Below are positions 1 to 10,194 of a stretch of DNA of 64,000 bases, in pieces. The DNA comes from the human T2T-CHM13v2.0 reference genome, Homo sapiens. Under the pieces are notes generated by a model. The model was not told where the DNA came from. It was given only the letters and a program-made list of their open reading frames with translations, and made no database searches. The stretch lies in the NCBI RefSeq assembly GCF_009914755.1, contig NC_060948.1. One strand, 5' to 3'. The first letter of the stretch is position 1. The number at the start of each line of letters is the position of its first letter. The translations under genes were made by a program, and so were the position numbers.

Positions 1-1170
1 CCCGGCCAAGACGGCCTGGGCTGACCAGAGACGGGAGGCAGAAAAAGTGGGCAGGTGGTTGCAGCTGAGGGACGGGAGGGGCCGGGGGTGGTGTGAGGCG
101 GCTGCTTCTCTGAGTTTCTGAGATGCAGGAGGCCTTTGTGTGCTGGGTGCTGGACATGCTCCGCTGATGTCCGGGTGTGTGGTGTCCTCTTATCCTAGTA
201 TCCCTGAGGGGTGGGCCTGTCCACCTGAGGGAAGCCTTGTAGTTAGAAGCCACAGCAGGGTCGTGCCTGGCGCTCTCCAAGGGAATTGCGTGGGTCCAGA
301 GGAAGTTATACAGGCTCAGGGCCTACACGCCTTTGAGTGCAGCGCCTGCAGTTGGATGAATGCGCATCTGCGGAGCTGGTGCCCGCCGTCAGGTGGTCGG
401 CAGCCCCATGCGCCGCGAACCCGTCTTAAGCACCTTGCGTTTCTGGGGTGAGCCTGCTGGAAACAGGCACCGAGAGCAGGGGTGGTTCAATGGCTGGTAA
501 TGGCATACAGATTCCCCGTCCTCCAGGGACGTTCCCAGGGAAACGCGTCCTTCGAATTTGGGCTGTGCGCAAAGGGACCTTGGCGCCGCGATTCTCCCTT
601 GTCAGTGCTGGCCCTGGCTCCCCTTCCCTACCACGTGCTCCCAGGGCTGCTACAAGCGAGCTGCCCTCACAGCTGCGGGAACGTGGCCTCGGCTCCCACG
701 CTGTCCCCCATCCCCTGCCTCCTGGCTGACCCCACGTGCCTCCCACCTGGCTCCTCCCCGCAAACAGCCCCCATACCCCCCGAGGCCCGATGACTATCCC
801 CTGCTGCCCGCCATCCCAAATCGGCAGCCGCAAGGATATGGCTCTGGCTCACAAGGCGGAGATGCTCTGTGGCCTGGGGCATTCACGGAGCCCAGCTCCA
901 AGTGAAGGACCTCCAGCGAGTCCATTGACGGCCCCGGTGTGCTCGGTCCAGGGCCAGGCTGTGCCCGCTGGCCCTCCTTCTGCCACCCCACGTCGGGCTC
1001 CACCTCAACCACCACCTCCACCTCAGCCATGATGTCTTCCACCTTCAGCACCGCCTCCTCTTCCAAGGCCGCCTCCTTGCTCTGTACCCCGGCCGTCCTC
1101 TCCAGCATTGCCTCCAGCCTGAACACGGTTTTCTCCTGGGTGCTCCCACAGACCCTGGGCCTGCGCAGCC
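1..1170 (-). pseudogene. FAM197Y: 5' part (exon-1 homolog plus intron) of the inverted TSPY-derived locus, likely FAM197Y; continues off the left edge
   Basis: The minus ORF 794..1558 contains [40 protein letters not shown]...PGPGPSTPGPSMDSLEVLHLELGSVNA, which aligns with TSPY exon 1. Confidence 0.8.
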
Positions 1171-2900
1171 CAGCCCAGCCCAGCCCATGCCCCGCACCCG
1201 TAGGCTCTGGGGGCCCGCTCCCCAGCAGACCCGCTCCCTGCAAGACCCACGGGCGTCGCCCTGCTGTGAACCTGGTCCCACACCTACGTGGACCCAGGTT
1301 TCCTGAGGAGCTCCGCTGGACCCGCAGATCCCGCACTGGCCAAAGGGCTCCGGTCCCCAGCAGGCTCAACTGCGCACAGGAGCTCGGGAGCCAGAGGCCC
1401 CGGCCCTGGGCTTGCAGAGCCCCACCAACAGGCACCGCAACCGCTGCTGCGGGTGCGGGAGCCTCTGGGTCGTCAAGGCAGCGCACAACAGCGTGCGCGC
1501 AGGCCGACAATGGCCAACCCTGGCGGCTGGCCTCTGGTGTGCCCAGGGCATAGGGCAAGAGGCCCTTTGGAATGCTCCTTGGAGTACAGCATCCTCAGGG
1601 AGGAAGCATGGTACTCGGAGCCTCTATTTGCCTCGACCTGTGAGAGTGTGTGCCGGGGCTCTGGCCTCTACAGCAGATCAATTCCACCTCAGCACCGGCA
1701 GGCGACTTTCCTCCCACGTGCCCGCCCCGATCACTTCCCCCAGGACACCCCTGCCGCCCTAGCCCCAGCAACCAGAGAGAGTTCTCTGCATCTGCTGTAT
1801 TACCTCCGTACCATCTACCTGGCCTGCCTAACGAAGAGAGATGTTTCCTGTGTTCATGACACATAGAGATGTTCATGGCTTGCCACACTGAGGATTTCAG
1901 GGCACAGGGCTGCCATGCCCACAATTCCAAAGGCCACGCAGCCCGCGTGTGCCCGGATGCCTAGCTACCCGGCACAAGCTCCAAGGGCTTCTCGGAGGAG
2001 GCTTGGGCAGGGAAGGCGGGGGGTGGGGGGGCTGGAGATGCAGGCCCGCCAGTGGCTGTGCCGCCCAGGGAGACGCCCACCGCCCTCCCATTGACTGGCC
2101 ACGACGGGAGGAAGTCGGCCTGGGTGCGGCCCCCCGGCCCTTCGCGCGCAGTCCCTTAGGGGGCGCCTGGAAGCCCGGCGCATGCGCCCTGAGGGCTCGC
2201 TGACCTACCGGGTGCCAGAGAGGCTGCGGCAGGGTTTCTGTGGCGTGGGTCGGGCAGCACAGGCCTTGGTGTGTGCGAGTGCCAAGGAGGGCACCGCCTT
2301 CAGGATGGAGGCTGTACAGGAGGGGGCGGCCGGGGTGGAGAGTGAGCAGGCGGCTTTGGGGGAGGAGGCGGTGCTGCTGTTGGATGACATAATGGCGGAG
2401 GTGGAGGTGGTGGCGGAGGTGGAGGTGGTGGCGGAGGAGGAGGGCCTCGTGGAGCGGCGGGAGGAGGCCCAGCGGGCACAGCAGGCTGTGCCTGGCCCTG
2501 GGCCCATGACCCCAGAGTCTGCACTGGAGGAGCTGCTGGCCGTTCAGGTGGAGCTGGAGCCGGTTAATGCCCAAGCCAGGAAGGCCTTTTCTCGGCAGCG
2601 GGAAAAGATGGAGCGGAGGCGCAAGCCCCAGCTAGACCGCAGAGGCGCCGTCATCCAGAGCGTCCCTGGCTTCTGGGCCAATGTTGTATCCTTCTCAGTG
2701 TTTCTTCGGCCTTTCTAGTGGAGAGGTGCTCTCGGGGAAGTGTAAGTGACCGATGGGCAGCTCGGCGTCGATGTGACTCTTTGGGGAACAAAGGGGAGTT
2801 GCCACGGACCAGTGTGGCTGTGGAAAGCCGGAGCAGGCGTGGGTACTATTGTCCTGCATGCGGCAGAGAAACCCTTGGTGATGCCGAGCAGCAGACGTTT
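400..2900. promoter_or_regulatory. CpG-island-like GC-rich region spanning the divergent paralog and TSPY 5' ends (also at ~20700-23180, ~40990-43470, ~61280-63770)
   Basis: High GC and dense CpG by inspection. G-run cluster at 2005-2031, inverted CCAAT position at ~2094-2098, and GGCGCATGCGCC palindrome at 2177-2188. Confidence 0.7.
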
Positions 2901-4762
2901 GGGGCATCTTTTTGAAGAGCAGAAGCGAGTTCAGAGCGGAAGAGGTTTTTCAGTGAATGAAGCTATTTTTAAGGGAGTGTGATTGCTGCCCCTTGCTAGT
3001 CCGATCTGGGACTGGGCGTCTTCGGCTATAAGCAGATTCTGCCACTCCTCAGACACCAGCAAGTCTCTGCAAATCGCGCCTCCCCATGTCAGTGCAGTCA
3101 GCCTCAGAATCATACACCCTCTGTGAACACAGGAGGCCTTAGTTTACGGGGACGGGGAGGCGAAAGGAGATCATACATGGAAGCAGATCTGAGAAATCCC
3201 CTACCCCAGCCTCTGGGTGCTCTTAGGCCTTCTTCCCTGTTGCTCCTCGCTTTCCCTTCCATCGTGTGTAAAGTCTCTTTGACCTAAATCAGATTGCAAA
3301 CCACCCCCAGATGTCAGCCCTGATCACTGACGAAGATGAAGACATGCTGAGCTACATGGTCAGCCTGGAGGTGAGGCCAGGAAGACTGGGGCTAGAGGGT
3401 TTAGCGGGGGAGGGTAAGGGAAATAATTCATTCCTGTAAGCAAGAGTGAGCACCTCACCCGAAAACCTATCTAAGCTTTCTCCACCTTGTCCTGACAGGT
3501 GGAAGAAGAGAAGCATCCTGTTCATCTCTGCAAGATCATGTTGTTCTTTCGGAGTAACCCCTACTTCCAGAATAAAGTGATTACCAAGGAATATCTGGTG
3601 AACATCACAGGTGACAGGTGGCTCCCAGGATGGGTAGTGGAAGGAAGATGGTGGGTGGATCATTGCCAACGGGATCCAGCCCCCTTCCCACAAAAACTCC
3701 TGTCTCTGTAGAATACAGGGCTTCTCATTCCACTCCAATTGAGTGGTATCCGGATTATGAAGTGGAGGCCTATCGCCGCAGACACCACAACAGCAGCCTT
3801 AACTTCTTCAACTGGTTCTCTGACCACAACTTCGCAGGATCTAACAAGATTGCTGAGGTGAGTCCTCACTGGGAAACATGAGGAATGACCCCGTGTGTTC
3901 CCAGCTGCTTGGGTCACCTTTCTGAGCCCTGATGAGGCCTTTCCCGATTGAGTCCCCTGACAGATCCTATGTAAGGACCTGTGGCGCAATCCCCTGCAAT
4001 ACTACAAGAGGATGAAGCCACCTGAAGAGGGAACAGAGACGTCAGGTGAGCCGTTAGTTGGCACTGGAGCTGTTTGATGCCCAGTATAAGGGGGTTGACA
4101 CACCTGCCTATTCAGGGAGCCTGGGTGCTCATTTCAGAAATGTAGAAATTGAGGCTCCTTTCGTACATGTAGAAATTCCTTGAGAGGAAGACAGAGAGTG
4201 ACAGAATCCAGGACGTTCATGGCATTGGGCTGAAAAGGCACGTTAGAGACTGCACTGCAAAGCGGGTGATAGCTGTGGAGTCTTAAGCCCAGTGAAGAAT
4301 CGTCCATTTCCAGAATCAATGAGAAGTAAAGCTGAAAATCATTCAGTTCAGTCTGTGGCACTTGATTCCACGGCTGTCAACCCCACCGGCAGTCATCCCA
4401 CCAACCCCATGAGATTGGGCTCCCTGAATGTGCGTCCTGGTCATCCTTGCCCCAAACCACAAAGGACTGTTTAGATTGATGGATTTCCTTAAGCTGTTGC
4501 CCCATCAGACTTGTGTGTGCTTTTAGGGCCCAGTGCATCTTGTTAGCTGACTCCCCTCACAGACAATACTGGGAATGGGGCAGGGATTGCGCAGAACAGT
4601 TTGTAACACGTGGTAGGAGGAAGTTTAAGGGATCACAAATGGGGAAGGGATATCCTTTTCTCAGCGGGCCCCACAATTGAAACATTTCAAAGTATGGCTC
4701 AGAGAAAATGCGTTTTAACATGAGTTTGTGTTTCTCTAGGGGACTCCCAGTTGTTGAGTTGA
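2182..4762 (+). CDS. TSPY: TSPY copy 1, 314 aa; exons 2182-2685, 3293-3370, 3499-3610, 3712-3857, 3964-4045, 4740-4762
   Basis: Translates [19 protein letters not shown]...PGFWANV|[26 protein letters not shown]|[37 protein letters not shown]|[16 protein letters not shown]...[18 protein letters not shown]|[27 protein letters not shown]|GDSQLLS*. All introns are GT-AG and the NAP/SET motifs are present. Spliced CDS is 945 nt. Confidence 0.96.
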
Positions 4763-4932
4763 ATATGATGGAGCATCAGATTTTACCTAATACAGCAGAA
4801 CTCCTAAAAAGTTACAGCCATATGCAGGACGGCAGTACTCAGCATGGTCTTATGCACAGGAACTAAAGGAAAAAGAGATCGAGTCACAAAAATTCAGGAA
4901 GAGGGGGTAAATGTGGATTGTATGGAATGAAA

Positions 4933-4938
4933 AATAAA
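4933..4938 (+). terminator. TSPY polyadenylation signal AATAAA (also ~25213 and ~45501)
   Basis: AATAAA about 170 nt after the stop codon, followed by a GT-rich downstream tract. Confidence 0.75.
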
Positions 4939-4950
4939 CATTCTCAAGGA

Positions 4951-5015
4951 TGTGTGACTCTGTGTCTGTGTGTGTGTGTGTGTGTCTTTGAGTTTGTGTG
5001 TGTGTGTGTGTGTGT
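4951..5015 (+). repeat. Interrupted (TG)n microsatellite, length-variable between units
   Basis: Direct reading; homologs at ~25231-25297 and ~45519-45585. Confidence 0.9.
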
Positions 5016-7674
5016 ATGTTTATCCACTTTATTCGGGTGTCATAATGAATTGATCAATCCACGTGCTTTATTCTCTTAATGGAAATAACCAGTCTGCGTT
5101 GGAGCTGGGCCTCTAAAGTTGTAGAGTGAATGGGTGTGGGATGTGTTGGGATTCTTCCTACAGGACAGAGTGGGAGAGGTAAAAGCAAAAGACAGCTTAG
5201 TTGGAGGCTGACTTCGTCCTGTGGAAGCAGAGATAGTTCAAGGAAAGGGGTTACTGGGTTTCCAGGGCCCAGTTTGCTGGGACCTCCAAAATCCTTCATT
5301 TTGGGTATCATCATACACAGTAGCTAAGCACAGGATGATGGAAATCTTAAAGTTCGCTTTCGTGTTGAATCCACATGTTCTTTTAAAGGTGAATGCATGA
5401 TCCTTTTCTGGGACAATCAGCCTCTCAGGACTTCTGAAACATCAACGTGAGAAGAAATGGGCATGTAAGGTGTATGGAGGGACTGTGGGAAAGGTGACAG
5501 AGGCATGTGGGAAGGCATTCAGGATACGCTTTTGGCATAGATGACTAAGGGAAAACAGAAACTTACAGAAGTGAGGGGAAAGGGGGTGGATTAGTGGAAT
5601 ATAAGATTGTTGGAGAATCCATCCATGGACTCTCTTGTCACTTGATGACCCAGGATATGGACACTCTTGTTGATGTTTACATCTTTAGTTGTTTTAAGCT
5701 TTTCTCCAAGATTCTGTGTTAGGTGAGGAGCCAATAACGTATGTAGCTAACAACAGTACGAGTGCATTTTGTGCTCTTGCAAAGTCTAGTGAGGCTCTAT
5801 TCTCCCTCGTGATTGGCACTGCAGATTGTATCTGGAGCCCAGGGCCCCTAAATTTTCTGTGGCCTCTTCAGCATAGTTTGCCTAAGGTTTAGAACGTAAA
5901 GCGAATATAGTTGCGGAATATGTTTTGCAAGCCTCACACAGGAGGACAAAACATACAGCTTTCATTCGCGAGTGGGAGGCTGCTTCCCAGGAACACGTGT
6001 GTCTGCACAAGACAAGGGGTTGCCTCTGTCAAGGATGGGGCAGGAGGATTTCAGTGTCGGAGGCAGAACTTTCTTTCCTGTTCCCAGATGAAACAGTTCC
6101 AACACGAGCATCCATGTTGACCACACGCTACTAGAGTGCTAACATTGCTGTCCCGTATAGACTCTGGTCAGCACAGCTTCTGTGAGAAGAGCTATGTTGT
6201 TTCAGGGAAGAGGGTTTGACAGTCAAAGTTCCTGAATCTGTTGTGGTGCCTGCAATATGCATTCTACCCCTCCTGCTCGGTGTCAAAGCAGTTGAGCTTT
6301 GAAAATCTATCGCCCGGTTTTGTCCCTGCTCCTATGCAGACCTCTGAAGCTCTGGAGCGGGAGTCTTGTCCTCCTCTGACTACCGTCCCCCTGACCCACA
6401 AACACAGGAGAAACAGGTGTTCTAAGCAAATTATTCTGAAAACAGTCGGAACCCTTTGGCCCCCTCAAGCTGCCCTGTATCCTACTGTGTGCATGTCAAA
6501 GACACTGTGGTCCAGTACGGTATCCCTATAGCGGCAATGGGGCAACAGATTGGTGTGTGCACTCTGGGCAACTCAGATTAGGAAACGTCTGGGGACTTGC
6601 CTATAACGAGGTCGTCTTAAAACGTGTTGCCCCAAATTTAAGGCATAGGAAAATGTTGAGGAAAGGGTCTTGCAATGATTTTTCTAGGAGGTAAATAGAT
6701 AAGAAAATGACCGTAAATAGATGCCAGGGCTAGTTTTGGAGCTAGCCTGTTTTAAAGTGGTGGTAGGGGAGGAGCTTTTTCCAAGGCAGGTAGCAAACCA
6801 GGAACTGTCTACGATGGATGGGCGTGCCACGGGTTGGTGGCTCAGCCATATTGCCACCCCACCGAGTGAATGCAGCAGACTGGGCTTCTTCCTTGAATCC
6901 TACGTGCAATTCAGTCTAGTGATTTCACATGAGATCCCTTCTTCTGGTATTATCACAGATCGTGCTGAATTATACAGGCTGTGTAATGCTTCTTCCACTG
7001 AATATCCGTGCACGTGGGCCACAGATGCTAAGGGCACTGACAAATTTGCACCGTGCCTCAGTAACTCGGAAGCACATCTGTGATTTGTACCGACAGGGAC
7101 TTGGTGTCTTTTCGTGTTTAAAGTAGCACGTGTGTGTTTGTGGTTGCGTATGTTTATTTCTCTGTGCGGGTTTGTATATTTTCTCTGACTCCACCTGTGT
7201 CTCCGTGGTTCCGATATTTTTCCACACTCCCTGCGACAATTTGCACATGCCTATCTCTACAACCATTGTAGACTTTGTATCTGTGTCTTTGAACATCTGT
7301 CACTCTCTCTCCCTTCCTTTTTTCTTTTCCTTCCTTTACACCCCTTTCATCCTTCCCTTGCTTCCCCACCACACTCTCTCCATCTGTATCGTCTATCTTT
7401 CTATTCTCTATCTGGGTTTCCTTTCTAATTCTGAATTCAAGGGCATTGAATTGAAAAGAAGCACTCTTCGTACTTTTATGTGTTTTAACTCATTTGGGGA
7501 ATTTGGCGTGGTATTATTTACAGGGTTCTCTCTGCCCTTTCTCATTGTTCTCCCCAGCCGGGGCTGTTATTATGTGAAAGCTGGTTTCCTTCATCACATC
7601 GCGTAGGCTCTAATGATGTTTCGTTTATTTTGATTCTCCTCACACTACATAGTTTTAATTTACCTAATGTGACT

Positions 7675-7980
7675 GTTTTTTTGTTTGTTTTCCGAGAATG
7701 GGTCTTACTCTGTCTTCTAGGTTGGACAGCAGCCCCACGATCTCAGCCCACTGCAGCCCAGGCACCACACACCCATGTGATCCTGTCAACTCAGACTCTC
7801 ACACACCTGGCAGTACAGGTGCATGCCACCCCTCCAAGCTATGTATTAATTAACTAAATACTTACTTTTTGAATGTGGGTCCATGTTGCCCCAGGCTCAT
7901 CTGGAACTCCTGAGTGCAGGCAATCCTCCCACCTCAGCTTATCAAAGTGCTGGGATGACAGGTGTGACCCATGGCCCTGC
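7675..7980 (-). mobile_element. Old, degenerate Alu (also ~27957-28262 and ~48245-48550)
   Basis: T-rich tail followed by GGGTCTTACTCTGTC...TCCTCCCACCTCAGC...CAAAGTGCTGGGATGACAGGTGTGA, which are antisense Alu motifs. Confidence 0.8.
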
Positions 7981-8125
7981 CATGGCTTTGTGTTTTTTGC
8001 TTTTTTCTTCCTCCTCCTCACGTCTTGTTTTGAAACATGCACTGAAGGTTTCAATTCATGGACTATAGTCTCTGTGCCTGGAATTTCTATCTTTCAACTC
8101 ATCATCAGCATTCATTGGGATTTTC

Positions 8126-8258
8126 ATATATATATACACCTATATAAGAATACCTATGTACACACATATATACGTATATACATGTATATACGTATATATG
8201 CACATTTATATACGTATATACATGTATATACGTATATATATACATGTACACATATGTA
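8126..8258. repeat. (TA)n / TATACG-TATACA alternating simple repeat (also ~28408-28540 and ~48696-48848)
   Basis: Direct reading. Confidence 0.9.
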
Positions 8259-8409
8259 TTTATTTCTCAAGTTACGAAACGGCTTGCATTCTTTCCTGTG
8301 TCATGAAAAAGACTTTGCTAGAAAAGAAAAGCACTGCTTTATAATAAAATATTTTATTTGCATTTATTTTGTTAAGGCATTTTAAAAATTGTATGTTTGT
8401 TTAAAAAAT

Positions 8410-10150
8410 GTCATATGAAATGATACATATTTACAACTTAAGGCGTGATGTTCAACAGGTCATATACATTATGCATTGGATACATCCAGCCAATCAACAT
8501 ATGTGTGACCTCACATAGTTGTCATTTTTGTTGTGAAAAAACTTGACCTGCACTGTATTCGAATATTTTTAGAGAAAGAATATGTTACCACTAGTTATAG
8601 TGAGCATGCTGAAGAAAATATTTTTAACCTATTCCTCCTTTATAACTAGAAGTATGAGTTCTTCATCCAGCATCTCGTCAGTGCACCCTCTTCACCGCAG
8701 TCATTGGAGTCACTACTTCTGTGAAGTCCGCTTTTTTGATTTCATATAAGAATGAGATCATGTGCTATTTTCCTTTCTGATACCTGGCTTATGTCACTTA
8801 ACAGAATGGCATGCACACATTCAGCAGATTCCCACACATTCTCACAACTGGCAGGATTTCCTGATTTCTTATTGCAGCGCATATTTCCGTTGCGCATATG
8901 CGTTTTTGCCCCATTTTTTAATCCACTTATCAATGGAGGGACACTCAGGTTGCTTCCGCATTTTGGCTACAGCAAAAATGTAATGAGTGCAGCAATAATT
9001 GCATGGGTGCGCGCACCGCTTCAACATACTGATCTGTGTACTGGCGGGCGTGCCCGGGTATTCTGATTTGCTGGATCATATAGTGGGTGGTTCTACTTGT
9101 AGATTTCTGAAGGCTGTTTATACTTAAATAAGAGCCATAAAGCTTCTTTAATGCCAGCACTAATTTACATTCTCCCCAAAAGTGAGCAGGGAATTCGTTT
9201 TCTCTGCCTCCTCACCAGAGATTAGGGTTTTCTTTTCTTTCTTTTTTTTTTTTTTGTTTGTTTGTCTTTCGGATAATATGCATTCTGACTGAAGTGAGAA
9301 GAAATCTCATTGTGTTTTTGATTTGCATTTTCGTGATGGATTGGGGATAATGAGGAATTTTTAGTGTGTCTTCTGGGCAACTGTATGTCTCAGTTTCACA
9401 AATGAGTCTTCGCAGCCTTCGCCCATTTGTTTTCATGCTATTGAGTTGTTGGGAGTTCCTTATGTACTGTGACTATTCCCCCATGAACAGATGTATGGTG
9501 ATCCAATCATTGCTCCCATCCTGTAGGATGCCCCTTCTGTATGTTGAGTTTTCTATGGTGTGGTGAAGCACTTTAGTTTGATATGATTCCATTCTCTATT
9601 TTTGATGGTGTTTACTGTGTTCTTGCAGTCACTTTGAGACCATCATTGCACACACGGACGCCATGGAGCTGCTTCCTTGTGATCTCTTCTGCTATTTTTA
9701 TCGTTTCACATCTGACACTGGAGTTTGGTGATAAATAATCCACTTGTAAAATCCTTTGTGTGGCTATTCAGATTTCCCCAACCTAGTTTATAGAAGATAC
9801 TTGATTTTGCATTGGGCGTTCTTGCTTCTTTGGGAAAAGGCTGTGAGCTGCAAATGCAGTGACTTAGTTCTGGGCTCCTGTTGTTTTTCCTAAGCTCTAG
9901 TCTCTGCTTTTCTGCCAGCGCTATTGTATTTTGGTACAAAAAGTTTTGTAGTAGTATATCATGAAGTTAGGTAGTGGGGTGGCTCCAGCTTTGTGCTTTT
10001 TACTGGATTGCTCTGGGTTTTCAGGATCTTCTGCCATTTCATAGCAAATTTGGGATTCCCAGATTGTTTTCTAAGAAGAATGTGTCATTGATATTTTTAC
10101 AGGGGTTGTATAGAATCTGAGGATGACTCAGGTAGTAGTGATGTCAATGC
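8410..10150 (-). mobile_element. Old L1 fragment (3' UTR plus ORF2 C-terminus)
   Basis: Minus-strand peptide MQIKNTMRFLLTSVRMHIIRK matches the L1 ORF2p motif MQIKTTMRYHLTPVRMAIIKK. ATAAGAATGAGATCATG and GCTGGATCATAT are L1 3' motifs. Confidence 0.8.
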
Positions 10151-10194
10151 CGTTTAGACAATGTGCGTGTTTGTGTGCACATGCTCAGGGCCAA

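Noticed and set aside
140-2574. Many overlapping 60-225 aa ORFs on both strands in the GC-rich region
   Set aside because: They are expected from high GC content and shadow frames of TSPY-like exons. Recurrence across units only reflects the tandem repeat.
7130-8385. Hydrophobic or repetitive ORFs of 158 and 170 aa
   Set aside because: They derive from T-rich low-complexity DNA, an Alu and the TA repeat, and the second is frameshifted in unit 3.
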